Origin: an uncultured Candidatus Rokubacteria bacterium
Lineage (GTDB): Bacteria > Methylomirabilota > Methylomirabilia > Rokubacteriales > DASRDR01
NCBI GenBank assembly: GCA_963826115.1
Contig: CAWGVS010000005.1
Span: 1,728,001-1,792,000 of the forward strand
Direction: 5' to 3'
Length of the DNA stretch: 64,000 bases
Shown here: in pieces, positions 1 through 11,000 of the stretch
Numbering within the stretch: the first letter of the stretch is position 1
Layout of the letters: the number at the start of each line of letters is the position of its first letter
Translations under genes and position numbers: made by a program
The notes under the pieces: model-generated
What the model saw: only the letters and a program-made list of their open reading frames with translations
Databases searched by the model: none
Told to the model about the DNA's origin: nothing

Positions 1-1644
1 CCGCTCACGAAGGACACGAGCGGCGCCGAGCACTACGGCACCGTGTACGCCTTCGCGGAGTGCCCGCGGGAGCGCGGCGTCCTGTGGGCGGGAAGCGACG
101 ACGGGCTGATCCACGTCTCCCGCGACGACGGGCAGACGTGGCAGAACGTGACGCCGCCGGACCTCCCGGAGTGGTCGCTCATCGCGACGATCGAGCCCTC
201 GGCCCACGCGCCGGGCACGGTCTACGTCGCGGCCACCCGCTACAAGATCGACGACTACCACCCGTATCTCTACAAGACGGAGGATTACGGCCGGACCTGG
301 CAGGCGCTCGCCGCGGGGTTCCCGGCCGGCGAGATCAGCCGGGTGATCCGCGAGGACCCCGTGCGGCCGGGGCTCCTCTACGTCGGGACGGAGACCGGGA
401 TCGTGGTCTCGCGCGACGACGGGCGCACGTGGCACCGCGGCGCCTGGAACCTCCCGGTCACCCCCGTCTACGACCTCGCGGTCAAGGGCAGCGACCTGGT
501 GGCCGGAACTCACGGGCGATCGTTCTGGGTGCTGGACGACGTCACGCCCCTGCGGGAGCGTCCGGAGGACACCGCCGGCGGCGCGCCGCACCTCTTCCCG
601 CCGCGCGCGACGGTGCGGCCCTGGCAGAACTGGAGCGTCGACCTCTTCCGGGGCCCCGGCAAGGCCCACAAGAACTACATGATGGCGCTCGGCACCGGTC
701 TCACCTTCTACGAGGACCGGACGCCGGAAGGCGAGCGCGTCCGCACGTTCCTCGACGCCGGCGAGAACCCGCCCGTCGGCGCAATCGTCTACTACGACCT
801 GGGCGCGGCGGCGCCCGACGGCGTCGCCCTGAGCTTCCTGGACGACAAGGGCGCGGTGATCCGCACGTTCACGACGAAGCCGGCAACGCCACCGGCTCCC
901 GACCCGGCGAAGGTGCCGGGACCGAGTCCTACGCCGACGCCGCCCGCGGACGAGCGCTACCTCACGGCACGGCCGGGTCTCAACCGCTTCGTGTGGGACC
1001 TCCGCTATCCCAGCGCGGAGAAGGTGCCGGGCGACGTCTCCACCGAGAAGGCGATCACCGGGCCCCTCGCGCCGCCCGGCCGCTACCAGGTCCGCCTGTC
1101 CGTGGGCGACCGCTCGTGGACCCAGTCGCTCGAGGTGCGGAAGGACCCGCGCGTCGCGGCCAGCCAGGCCGACCTCGACGCGCAGTTCGCGCTCTGGTGC
1201 CAGATCCGGGACACGCTCTCGGCCACCCACGCGGGGATCAACCGCCTCCGGCGGATCCGCCGTCAGGTGAGCGAGTGGTCTCAGCGCCTCCGCGAGCCCT
1301 CCACGGCGCAGGCAGGAAACGGGACACAGCCCATCGGCCAGGCCGCGGAGCGGCTCCTGAAGAAGCTCACCGAAATCGAGACCGAGCTGGTCCAGACCTC
1401 GGCCCGGAACTCGATGGACGCCCTCCGGTTGCCCGCGCGGCTCAACCTCCGCCTGGCTTCGCTGATGAGCGTGCTCTCGAGCGCGGACGCCGCCCCGCCC
1501 CGCCAGGCGCGCCTCGTGTACGAGCACCTCGCGACGCTGGCCCGTCGGGAGCTCGCCCGGCTCGATTCGCTGGTCGAGACCGACGTCGCGCAGTTCAACG
1601 CGCTGGTGCGCGACGCCAGCCTGCCGGCGATCGGCACGCGATGA
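1..1644 (+). CDS. BNR/Vps10 (sortilin-like) repeat protein, putative glycosyl hydrolase; 5'-truncated by the window edge
   Basis: Frame is open from base 1 (PLTKDTSGAEHYGTVYAF...). BNR/Asp-box repeats SRDDGQTW, TEDYGRTW, SRDDGRTW; THGRSFWVLDD; GLNRFVWDLRY; helical C-terminus. Confidence 0.85.
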   Translation, partial: PLTKDTSGAEHYGTVYAFAECPRERGVLWAGSDDGLIHVSRDDGQTWQNVTPPDLPEWSLIATIEPSAHAPGTVYVAATRYKIDDYHPYLYKTEDYGRTWQALAAGFPAGEISRVIREDPVRPGLLYVGTETGIVVSRDDGRTWHRGAWNLPVTPVYDLAVKGSDLVAGTHGRSFWVLDDVTPLRERPEDTAGGAPHLFPPRATVRPWQNWSVDLFRGPGKAHKNYMMALGTGLTFYEDRTPEGERVRTFLDAGENPPVGAIVYYDLGAAAPDGVALSFLDDKGAVIRTFTTKPATPPAPDPAKVPGPSPTPTPPADERYLTARPGLNRFVWDLRYPSAEKVPGDVSTEKAITGPLAPPGRYQVRLSVGDRSWTQSLEVRKDPRVAASQADLDAQFALWCQIRDTLSATHAGINRLRRIRRQVSEWSQRLREPSTAQAGNGTQPIGQAAERLLKKLTEIETELVQTSARNSMDALRLPARLNLRLASLMSVLSSADAAPPRQARLVYEHLATLARRELARLDSLVETDVAQFNALVRDASLPAIGTR

Positions 1645-1816
1645 TCATGCGGGACCCGGGAGCGCCACGGGAACTCCCGCCCGTTGCCTGGTACGGCGAT
1701 GTGTGCCAGCATTTCGCAAGTGCGCACGTCCGGCCGAGTCACAGCCTGGTCCGAGTTCTCGACGCCGCATGCAGCCCGAACAGATCAACGTCCCCTCGAA
1801 CAGAAGGGAGCAAGTC

Positions 1817-3367
1817 ATGAGTGAGTCCCGCGCCATCTTCTCGGCTCACGTTCGACCACTGCCTCGACTCGGGATGCTGGTGCTCGTCATGGCCTTCATC
1901 GCGATCGGGGTCAGCCCCTCCTACGCCGCCGACCCCGTCACGATCACCATGGCCCGCAATGCCGACATGCTCACCTTCGACCCGGCTTCCACCGAGGATG
2001 ACCCGTCGATCTTCGTGGAGCTGCAGCTCTTCGATCGGCTCGTCAAGCTGAACGCCTCGAACAACGGCGTCGAGCCGGAGCTGGCTACGTCGTGGACCGT
2101 TGCGCCCGATGGTCTCAGCGCGACGTTCACGCTGCGGCAGGGGATCAAGTTCTCGGACGGGTCACCGCTGACCCCCGAGGACGTCGTGTTCTCGCTCACG
2201 CGCGCGATCGACCCGAAGGGGTCGTGGGGCTTCCTCTTCTCGCCGGTCAAGTCGGTCACCAAGGTCGACGACAAGACAATCCGGCTGAACATGTCGGAGC
2301 CCTTTGCTCCGCTGCTGCCCGCGCTCTCGACGTTTGCCGCGAGCATCTACTCGAAGGCGAATTTCGAGAAGTGGGGCAAGGACGCGGCCCAGCATCCGCT
2401 GGGAACTGGCGCATTCGTTCTGGAGACCTGGCAGAAGGGCGCCCAGATGTCGCTGGTCAAGAACGCCAACTACTGGCAGCCCGGCAAGCCGAAGGTCGAC
2501 CGGATCCTGTTCCGCGTCGTGGGTGACGACAACACGCGCGTCCTGCAGCTCCAGTCCGGGCAGGTGGACATCATCGACTTCGTGCCACCGAACCACGTCC
2601 AGCAGATGATGGGCGCCGGCCAGAAGATCCAGAAGGTCGACGGAACCGCCACCCTCCGCTACACGCTCAACGAGACCATCAAGCCGCTGGACGAGGCCAG
2701 CGTGCGTTGCGCGATGGCCCACGCGATCGACCGGGCGGCGGTCGCGAAGAATCTCTACTTCGGGCTGGCAACCGTGGCCCGGTCCCTCCTGCCGAGCAGC
2801 ACGCTCTACTACGACGGGAACGCCGATCCCCAGACGTACGATCTGGCGAAGGCGAAGGCGCTCCTCGCGAAGAGCTCCGTGCCCAACGGGTTCACGGTGA
2901 GCGTGAACGTCCCGGCCGGGAACCAACACCGGCTCGACACGGCGCAGATCTGGGCGGCTGGCCTCAAGCAGATCGGGATCACGCTGAAGATCGAGCAGCT
3001 CGAGCAGACGACGCTGATCCAGATGCGCAACGCCGAGAAGTACTCGATCTACAACGCGGCTTGGACTAACGACACCCCGGATCCCGACGAGCTCCTCGGC
3101 GTCGCGCTGGACTTCTCGTCCCAGCACGCCGCCCACACCTTCTACAACAACCCGAAGGCCAAGGAGCTCCTCCTCCAGCAGCGCCGCGAGCTGGACCCGA
3201 AGAAGCGCCAGGCGCTGGTGACGGAGCTCCAGCGCATCGTCAACCAGGACTGCCCGCAGATCTACGTGGTACACGAACCGCGGCTCTATGCGACCACCCC
3301 GGCGGTGGTCGGGTTCGCCCCGAACTCGCAGGGGAAGTACAGCTTCGAGAACGTGACCAAGAAGTGA
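1817..3367 (+). CDS. Dpp/Opp-family ABC transporter substrate-binding protein
   Basis: ATG at 1817 after GGGAG; signal peptide; family-5 SBP motifs PELATSW, TFTLRQGIKFSDGSPLTPEDVVFS, GTGAF. Confidence 0.9.
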   Translation: MSESRAIFSAHVRPLPRLGMLVLVMAFIAIGVSPSYAADPVTITMARNADMLTFDPASTEDDPSIFVELQLFDRLVKLNASNNGVEPELATSWTVAPDGLSATFTLRQGIKFSDGSPLTPEDVVFSLTRAIDPKGSWGFLFSPVKSVTKVDDKTIRLNMSEPFAPLLPALSTFAASIYSKANFEKWGKDAAQHPLGTGAFVLETWQKGAQMSLVKNANYWQPGKPKVDRILFRVVGDDNTRVLQLQSGQVDIIDFVPPNHVQQMMGAGQKIQKVDGTATLRYTLNETIKPLDEASVRCAMAHAIDRAAVAKNLYFGLATVARSLLPSSTLYYDGNADPQTYDLAKAKALLAKSSVPNGFTVSVNVPAGNQHRLDTAQIWAAGLKQIGITLKIEQLEQTTLIQMRNAEKYSIYNAAWTNDTPDPDELLGVALDFSSQHAAHTFYNNPKAKELLLQQRRELDPKKRQALVTELQRIVNQDCPQIYVVHEPRLYATTPAVVGFAPNSQGKYSFENVTKK

Positions 3368-3384
3368 GCGCGCGACACGCGTCG

Positions 3385-3423
3385 CCCGCGGTCACCGTAA
3401 CTCGGTTGGACGGTGACCGCGGG
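3385..3423 (+). terminator. Stem-loop after the SBP gene (mRNA-stabilising or partial terminator)
   Basis: Perfect 14-bp inverted repeat cccgcggtcaccgt (3385-3398) / acggtgaccgcggg (3410-3423), 11-nt loop, no U-tract. Confidence 0.6.
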
Positions 3424-3462
3424 TGATCGTGCGCTGACCGGCGCCCAGAGCTCGACGTCAAG

Positions 3463-4401
3463 ATGATTCGCTACGCCGCGGGACGGGTACTCGCGATGGT
3501 ACCCGTCCTGTTCGGCGTCAGCATCGTCATCTTCCTGTTGATCCGCCTCATCCCGGGCAATCCGGCGATCTCGATCCTGGGCGAACGGGCGACGCCCGAG
3601 CTCGTCGAGCGTGTGAAGAACCAGCTCGGACTCGACCTCCCCATCTGGCGTCAGTACTTCCACTTCCTGGGGAACGCATCGCGCCTCGACTTCGGGCCGT
3701 CGTACTTCTACAAGCAGGAGGTTTCGACCCTCACGCTCGAGCGGATCCCGATCACGCTCGCCCTCATCGCCTACGCCATGGTCATCGGGCTCATCATCTC
3801 CGTGCCGTTCGCGACGTGGGCGGCAATCCGGCGGGAGGGTCCGGCCGATCACGTCATCCGGCTCGTGTTCACCAGCCTCATCGGCATCCCCACGTTCTGG
3901 ATGGGCATCATCCTGGCCCTGCTGCTGAGCGTGAGATGGAAGCTGCTGCCGCTCGGCGGCGTGGGCGTGAGCCGACTCGATACCTTGTGGCACCTGACCC
4001 TGCCAGCTCTGACCATCGGGCTCCACATCTCGCCGACCCTCCTGCGCGCCCTCCGGTCGAGCCTCATCGAGGTGATGAACTCCGACTACGTGACGACGGG
4101 CGTGGCCATGGGGCTCCGGCCCGTCACGCGGCTCTTCAGCTATCTCCTGCGGAACGGCCTGACGCCATTTGTCTCGACGCTCGGCGTCAACATCGGCTGG
4201 CTGATCGGGGGCACGATCATCATCGAGCAGGTCTTCGGCGTGCCGGGGGTCGGGTCGCTCCTGATCACGTCGATCCTGACGCGCGACTACTCCATCATCC
4301 AGTTCGTGGCGCTCGTCCTCGCCTTCCTCGTGATCCTGGTCAACCTCCTGACCGACCTCGCCTACGCCCTCCTGGACCCACGGGTGTCCTTCCGGGCATG
4401 A
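3463..4401 (+). CDS. Peptide ABC transporter permease (DppB/OppB-like)
   Basis: IRLIPGNPA, LGLDLPIWRQY, EQVFGVPGVG, RDYSIIQ, LLDPRV. Confidence 0.92.
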   Translation: MIRYAAGRVLAMVPVLFGVSIVIFLLIRLIPGNPAISILGERATPELVERVKNQLGLDLPIWRQYFHFLGNASRLDFGPSYFYKQEVSTLTLERIPITLALIAYAMVIGLIISVPFATWAAIRREGPADHVIRLVFTSLIGIPTFWMGIILALLLSVRWKLLPLGGVGVSRLDTLWHLTLPALTIGLHISPTLLRALRSSLIEVMNSDYVTTGVAMGLRPVTRLFSYLLRNGLTPFVSTLGVNIGWLIGGTIIIEQVFGVPGVGSLLITSILTRDYSIIQFVALVLAFLVILVNLLTDLAYALLDPRVSFRA

Positions 4402-5258
4402 GCGTGTCAACGCTCGCCGTGTCTCGACCCCGGCGGATGAGCTGGATCGCCACGGCAGGATGGTCCCTCCGGGTCGGGCTGGTCGGCTTCGCCTTGATCG
4501 CCGTCCTCGCCCTCCTGGCCCCGTGGATCGCGCCGTACGATCCCACCGCGCTCGGACTGGCGGAGGGGCTCCAGCCTCCGAGCGCGACACACTGGTTCGG
4601 TACGGACCAGCTCGGGCGGGACATCCTGACCCGCGTGCTCCACGCTGCGCGGACCGATCTCCAGATCGGCACGATCGGGGTGACGATCCCCCTGATCATC
4701 GGCGCCGTGCTCGGGCTCTTCGCCGGGTACTACGCGGGCTGGCCGGACGCCATCCTGGGGCGGATCGTCGACGTGGTGACCGCGTTCCCCTTTCTCGTGC
4801 TCGTTCTGGCCATCGTCGCGATGCTGGGTCCCGGTCTCACGAACTTCTACATCGCGATCACGCTGGTCAGCTGGGTGGCCTATGCGCGGATCGTGCGCGG
4901 CGAGGCGCTCAGCGCCCGGGGGCGTGGCTACATCCTCGCCGCCCGGACTCTCGGGTACGGCGACCTGCGCATCATGTTCCGCCACCTGCTCCCGAACGTG
5001 ATGGTGCCGGCTTTCGTCTTCGGAATGAGCGACTTCGTCCTCGACATCCTGGCCGGCGCCTCGCTGGGCTTCTTCGGCCTCGGCGTCCAGCCGCCGACCC
5101 CCGAGTGGGGTGTGATGATCGCCGAGGGCCGCAACTTCATCCTGACGGCGCCGTGGGTGGTCATCTTCCCGGGCCTCGCCATCATCGTGACCAGCTTCTT
5201 CGTGAGCCTGATCGGCGACAGCGCGTCGGACATCGTGCGCCGGGTCCATGGCTCGTAA
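4398..5258 (+). CDS. Peptide ABC transporter permease (DppC/OppC-like)
   Basis: ATGA overlap with the upstream stop; HWFGTDQLGRD, RHLLPN, QPPTPEWG. Confidence 0.92.
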   Translation: MSVSTLAVSRPRRMSWIATAGWSLRVGLVGFALIAVLALLAPWIAPYDPTALGLAEGLQPPSATHWFGTDQLGRDILTRVLHAARTDLQIGTIGVTIPLIIGAVLGLFAGYYAGWPDAILGRIVDVVTAFPFLVLVLAIVAMLGPGLTNFYIAITLVSWVAYARIVRGEALSARGRGYILAARTLGYGDLRIMFRHLLPNVMVPAFVFGMSDFVLDILAGASLGFFGLGVQPPTPEWGVMIAEGRNFILTAPWVVIFPGLAIIVTSFFVSLIGDSASDIVRRVHGS

Positions 5259-6255
5259 GGAGGCTCTCGAGGTCGACCGGCTGACGGTCCGGTTCGCACG
5301 GGACGGCCGGTCCGTCGTGCGGAACGTGTCGTTCACGATCGACCCCGGGGAGGCGTTCGGTCTCGTCGGCGAGAGCGGCTCCGGCAAGAGCCTCACCTGC
5401 CGCGCCATCCTGCGGCTCATGCCGCGGGGCGCGTCCATCGGCGGCCGGATCACCTATGGGTCTCGGGATCTCCTCACGCTCGGCGACAGCGAGATGCAGT
5501 CGCTGCGCGGATCGAGCATCGCCATGGTCTTCCAGGACCCGCTGACCGCGCTCAACCCCGTCCTGCGTGTCGGCGACGCGATCGCCCAGGTCGTCCAGGC
5601 GCACGCGAGGCTCGGACTGCGGGCCGCGCGAACCCGTGCGATCGAAATGATGGAGCGCGTGGGGATCCGCGACGCCGCCCGGCGCGCGGCGGCCTACCCG
5701 CACGAGTTCAGCGGAGGGATGCGACAGCGCATCCACATCGCCATGGCGCTCGCCGCGCGGCCGACCCTGCTCCTGGCCGACGAGCCCACGACGGCGCTCG
5801 ACGTCATCGTGCAGGCCGAGATCCTCCGGCTGCTGGACACGCTCCGGCGCGAGGAGGGCATGAGCCTGCTCCTCGTCTCCCACGACTTCCGGGTCGTGGC
5901 TGGCCTCTGCGATCGCGTGGGGGTCATGTACGCCGGAGAGCTGGTCGAGGTCGGCCAGACGCGCACCGTTCTGCGGCGCCCTGAGCACCCCTACACCATC
6001 GGGCTCATGAACAGCCTCCCCGAGGCGGTGGTCGGCGAGCGGCTCCACGCCATACCCGGGACGCCACCCGACCCGGCTTACCTCCCCCCGGGCTGCGCGT
6101 TCGCTCCCCGCTGCGAGCTCGCCCGCGATGTCTGCACCGCCGGGCCTATCCCGATGGAGGAAGCCGCGCCCGGGCACTGGGCGCGCTGCATCCGGCGGGA
6201 CCAGCTCGACGCGATGCGCCGCGGTCTCGTATCGACGGGCGCGACGGGAGGCTAG
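5248..6255 (+). CDS. Peptide ABC transporter ATP-binding protein (DppD/OppD-like)
   Basis: Walker A GESGSGKS, FSGGMRQR, ADEPTTALD, C-terminal Cys cluster. Confidence 0.93.
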   Translation: MARKEALEVDRLTVRFARDGRSVVRNVSFTIDPGEAFGLVGESGSGKSLTCRAILRLMPRGASIGGRITYGSRDLLTLGDSEMQSLRGSSIAMVFQDPLTALNPVLRVGDAIAQVVQAHARLGLRAARTRAIEMMERVGIRDAARRAAAYPHEFSGGMRQRIHIAMALAARPTLLLADEPTTALDVIVQAEILRLLDTLRREEGMSLLLVSHDFRVVAGLCDRVGVMYAGELVEVGQTRTVLRRPEHPYTIGLMNSLPEAVVGERLHAIPGTPPDPAYLPPGCAFAPRCELARDVCTAGPIPMEEAAPGHWARCIRRDQLDAMRRGLVSTGATGG

Positions 6256-7221
6256 GTGCTGCTGGCGGCCGAGCACCTGACCAAGACGTTCGTCCAGCGT
6301 CGGGGGTGGTTCGGGCGGACCACCGGGACAGGCGCAGCGCGGCCGGCGCTGGTCGACGCGTCGCTCTCGGTCGAGCGCGGCGAGTCGGTGGGCATCGTCG
6401 GCGAGAGCGGCTCGGGCAAGTCGACGCTCGCGCGCTGTCTCGCGTTCCTCGAGCGGCCCGACGCGGGACGGGTGCTCTTTGACGGGGTAGACCTTACGCG
6501 GCTCCGCCGGCGGGAGCTCCGCCTCTCACGGCGCCGCATCCAGGTCGTGTTCCAGGATCCGTACTCGTCGCTGAATCCGCGGCTGACGGTCGGGTCGGCG
6601 CTGCGCGAGGTGCTGCGCGTGCACGACCTGGTGCCCCGCGACCAGATCGCGCGGCGAGTGGAGATCCTCCTCGACCAGGTGGGGCTCCCCGCGCACGCGG
6701 TCGACCGCTATCCATCTGACTTCTCCGGCGGCCAGCGCCAGCGGATCTGCATCGCGCGCGCCCTCGCGGCAGACCCCGACATCCTGATCGCCGACGAGCC
6801 GGTCAGCGCGCTCGACGTCTCGATCCAGGCGCAGATCCTCAATCTGCTGGCGGAGCTGCGCAGCCGGCTCCATCTCAGCATGGTCTTCATCAGCCATGAC
6901 CTCCACGTCGTCCGGTACATCGCGCCAAGGATCGCCGTCATGTTCGGCGGCCGCATCGTGGAGGTGCTGCCGCCGGGGACGCCGCTCGAGGGCGCCCGTC
7001 ATCCGTACACGCAGGCGCTGCTCGCGGCGCGGTCCCGGCTCGAGCCGGGATGGCTGGCAGGCCGCGAGACGGTCGACGCCGAGCTCGCCGCCGCCCTGCC
7101 GGCGGTGGGATGCCCGTTCCGCGCCCGGTGCCCGCTCGCGTCCGGGATCTGCGAAACGGTCGATCCCCCGCTGCGCGACCTGGGCGCCGGCCACCCCGTG
7201 GCCTGCCATCACGCGGGCTGA
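6256..7221 (+). CDS. Peptide ABC transporter ATP-binding protein (DppF/OppF-like)
   Basis: GESGSGKS, FSGGQRQR, ADEPVSALD, HPYT, VACH. Confidence 0.93.
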   Translation: MLLAAEHLTKTFVQRRGWFGRTTGTGAARPALVDASLSVERGESVGIVGESGSGKSTLARCLAFLERPDAGRVLFDGVDLTRLRRRELRLSRRRIQVVFQDPYSSLNPRLTVGSALREVLRVHDLVPRDQIARRVEILLDQVGLPAHAVDRYPSDFSGGQRQRICIARALAADPDILIADEPVSALDVSIQAQILNLLAELRSRLHLSMVFISHDLHVVRYIAPRIAVMFGGRIVEVLPPGTPLEGARHPYTQALLAARSRLEPGWLAGRETVDAELAAALPAVGCPFRARCPLASGICETVDPPLRDLGAGHPVACHHAG

Positions 7222-7243
7222 GCGCGCCGACGCGAGGAGACGC

Positions 7244-7921
7244 ATGGCGAAGACACGCGGGACCGGGCTCCTGATGCTGTGGACGGACGTCGACCCCGAG
7301 CACGAGGCGGCGTTCAACCGGTGGTACGACGAGGAGCACCTCGACCGCCTCCTCGCGGTCCCGGGCTTCCTGTCGGCGGCGCGCTACGTGGCCCTCCGCG
7401 GCGGCCCGCGCTACCTCGCGATGTACGAGCTGGAGGACGTCTCGGTGCTGCGGACCGCGGCGTTCCTGGACGAGGTGCGCTTCCGGCCGTCGCCGGAGCG
7501 CCAGCGCGCGTCGGGCGGGCACATCGGGCGGAACTACCTCCTGAACGGATACCGCCAGATCTTCCCGGCCCGCACCGACCCCATCGAGCTCACCATGGGG
7601 CCCTCACCCTACCTCCAGATGGGCCGCATCGACGTGCCGGCGGCCATCGAGGAGGAGTTCAACGACTGGTACAACTGGGTCTACATCCCGACCTATCTGA
7701 CGGTCCCCGGCGTCATCCGCGCGCGACGCTACCTCGCCGTCGACGGGCAGCCGAAGTACCTCACGGTGTACGAGTTCGAGCGGCCCGACGTCCCGGACGG
7801 TGAGGCCTGGCACCGAGCCCGGGAGTCGAGTCCCTGGACCCGGCGGATCCGCCCCCAGATGCGCCTCGACCCCGGCTCGCCGGCGGTGTACCGGCGCCTC
7901 CGGCCCGACCCGGCGCCCTGA
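7244..7921 (+). CDS. Hypothetical protein with two EthD/DUF4286-like dimeric alpha-beta barrel repeats
   Basis: ATG after GAGGAG; duplicated motif DV..E..FNxWY...VPG...ARY/RRY.A..G.PxYLxxYE. Confidence 0.75.
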   Translation: MAKTRGTGLLMLWTDVDPEHEAAFNRWYDEEHLDRLLAVPGFLSAARYVALRGGPRYLAMYELEDVSVLRTAAFLDEVRFRPSPERQRASGGHIGRNYLLNGYRQIFPARTDPIELTMGPSPYLQMGRIDVPAAIEEEFNDWYNWVYIPTYLTVPGVIRARRYLAVDGQPKYLTVYEFERPDVPDGEAWHRARESSPWTRRIRPQMRLDPGSPAVYRRLRPDPAP

Positions 7922-8021
7922 CCAGGCGACGGCCCGCCCCTGGCTGATCTCGGAGCTCCCAGCCGGTAGGATCTCGCCCGCCCGACGCCCCCGTTCGGGT
8001 CACTAGCCCGCTGTCGGGAAG

Positions 8022-8030
8022 TGCTAGAAT
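8022..8030 (+). promoter_or_regulatory. Extended -10 promoter element for the GAF kinase operon
   Basis: TGcTAGAAT, 33 nt upstream of ATG 8064; GGAGG RBS present. Confidence 0.5.
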
Positions 8031-8063
8031 CCCCGCACCAGTCGGCTGCCGGAGGGGTCGCGC

Positions 8064-11000
8064 ATGGCGTCTCGCCGGAAAGCACCATCTCGTCTGGGCC
8101 GCAAGGCTCGAGACCCAAAACCTCCGGGCCCTGCTGGAGTCCGCGAGCAGCTTGCCTCCACCGTGCGGGTCCTGCGCGCGCTCGCGCGCGCTCCCGGAAA
8201 CGTCCAGCCCGTGCTCGACGCGGTCGCCGAGGAGGCAGCGCGGGTCTGCGGCGCCACCGACAGCCTGATCCACCGAATCGACGACGACCGTCTTCGCCTC
8301 GTGGCCCATCATGGCGCGATCGGCCTCCAGATGAAGCCCGGCGACACCATGCCGCTCACCCGCGACTCCACCGCCGGGCGCGCCGTGCTGGAGCGGCGCA
8401 CGGTCCACCTCCCTGACGTCGAGGCGGCAGCGGCCGAGTTCCCGGTAACCTTCCGGCTGAGCCGCCGGAGCCGGACACTGCTCTCCGTGCCCCTCGTGAG
8501 CGAGGAGCGCGTCCTCGGCGTCATCGTCATCCGCCGCTCGGAGGCGCGCCCGTTCTCGGCGGGACAGATCGCCGCCCTCGAGAGCTTCGCCGACCAGGCG
8601 GCCATCGCCATCAGCCACGCGCGACTCTTCCAGGAAGTCACCGAAGCGCTGGAGCGGGAGCGGGCGACGGGCGCCATCCTCCGGGTGATTGCCGGCTCGC
8701 CGACCGACCTCCAGCCCGTCATGGACGCCGTCGCCGAGAACGCCGCTCGCGTCTGTGGTGCGAACGAAGCCCAGGTGTTCCGAATCGACGCCGACACGCT
8801 GCGACGGGTGGCAGGCCACGGACAGCATCCGGACGGCTCGTTCAGCCAGGGGGAGCGGATCCCCATCACTCGTGGGCTCGTCATCGGCCGAGCGGTGATC
8901 CAACGCCAGACCATCCATATCCCCGACATGACCCTGGAGTCGGAGGCAGAGTATCCCGTCAGCCTGGCCCGGCAGAAGATCAGTGGCTTTCGCACCGTCC
9001 TGGTCACTCCCCTCCTGCGTGAGGGTGCGCCGATCGGGGTCATCTCCATTCGTCGCATGGAGGTTCGACCGTTCTCCGACAAGCAGATCGAGCTCCTGGA
9101 GACCTTCGCCAACCAGGCCGTCATCGCGATCGAGAATGTGCGGCTCTTCCAGGAGCTCGAGGCCCGGAACCGCGAGCTGACCCAGGCCCTCGAACAGCAG
9201 ACGGCCACGAGCGAAGTCCTGAGAGTGATCAGCCAGTCGACGCTCGACCTCCAGCCAGTGCTGGACACACTCATCGAGAACGCTACGCGGCTGTGCGGCG
9301 CCCGGCGCGGAGTCATCATGCAGCGCGATGGAGACTCCTATCGTGGGGTCGCCTTCCACAACGTGGGGCCAGACCTCATCGACTTCCTCCAGACTCACCC
9401 GGTCACGCCGGGGCGACAGACCGTCACAGCCCGAGCGGCGCTCGAGCGACGGACGATTCATGTCGCCGACCTGCAAGCCGATCCCGAGTACCAGTACGCG
9501 CTGAACGATGTCGATCCGATCAGAACGGCGCTTGGAGTGCCGATGCTCCGAGGTGACGACACGCTCGGTATCATCATCCTCTACAAGATCGAGGTCCAGC
9601 CGTTCACCGATAAGCAGATCGAACTGATCAAGACCTTCGCGGACCAGGCCGTCATCGCGATCGAGAACGTCCGGCTGTTCCGGGAGCTCGAGACGCGGAA
9701 CCGCGACCTGACCGAGGCCCTCGAGCAGCAGACGGCCACCGCCGAGATCCTGCGGGTGATCTCCAGCTCGCCGACCAACCTTCAGCCGGTCATGGACACG
9801 GTGTCCGCGAACGCTGCCCGGGTCTGCGGCGCCACCGATTCCCACATCTGCCTCCTCGAGGGCGAGGGTCTTCGCATCGTGGCCCTCCACGGCGAACATC
9901 GGGGGCGAGGGGTGGCGGTTGGCACCACAATCTCTGCCACACCCGCGAGCGTGGCTGGCCGGGCCGTGTGCGAGCGACGCACGATTCACATCGACGACCT
10001 CGACGCGCTGCCCGAGACCGAGTACCCAGAGACGCGGGCGCGCGTCCGCCGTGATCAGTGGCCCAGCGCCACGATCCTCGTGGTGCCGCTCCTTCGTGAG
10101 GCAGCGCCGCTCGGAGCCATCGTGATCCGCCGAGAGGTCGTGGAGCCCTTCTCGGCCAGGCAGATCGCGCTCCTCGAGACCTTCGCCAATCAAGCGGTCA
10201 TCGCCATCGAGAACGTCCGGCTATTCACGGAGCTCGAGGCCCGGAACCGAGAGCTCACCGAGGCCCTCGAACAGCAGACCGCCACCGCCGAGATCCTGCG
10301 GGTGATCTCCAGCTCACCAACCGATCTCCAGCCGGTCTTCGACGCGATCGCCGAGAGCGCCGCTCGCGTCCGCGGCGCTATCGATTCGCTTATCTTCCGC
10401 CTCGATGGGGACGTCTTGCGATTGGTGGCCCGGCAAGGGCCGCTGCCCGGTTTTCTAGACATCGGGGATACCATCCCTGTCACGCGCGACTCGGTGACGG
10501 GTCGGGCGATCGTGGACCGACGGACGATCCACGTCGAAGATTTTTGGACGCTGCCGGAGACGGAGTTCCCCGAATCGCGCAGACGCGTCACCGGACGCAG
10601 GACATTCCTGGCCACGCCCCTCCTGCGCGAGGGGGTGCCGGTGGGCGCCATCCTGATCCGCCGAGGAGAGGTCCAGCCCTTCTCACCGAAGCAGATCGCG
10701 CTCCTCGAGACGTTCGCTAACCAGGCGGTCATCGCCATCGAGAATGTTCGCCTATTCAAAGAGCTAGAAGCCCGTAATCGCGACCTCACCGAGGCCCTCG
10801 AGCAGCAGACCGCCACCGCCGAGATCCTGCGCGTCATCTCCAGCTCGCCGACCGACCTACAGCCCGTCATGGACGTCGTGGCCGAGAGCGCCGCGCGATT
10901 CTGCGGCGCGACCGATGCCACGATCTGGCGCCTGGAGGGGGAGTCTCTCCGGCTCGTCGCGGTGCATGGGACGCAGCCGACGACCACCCCGATCGGCGGC

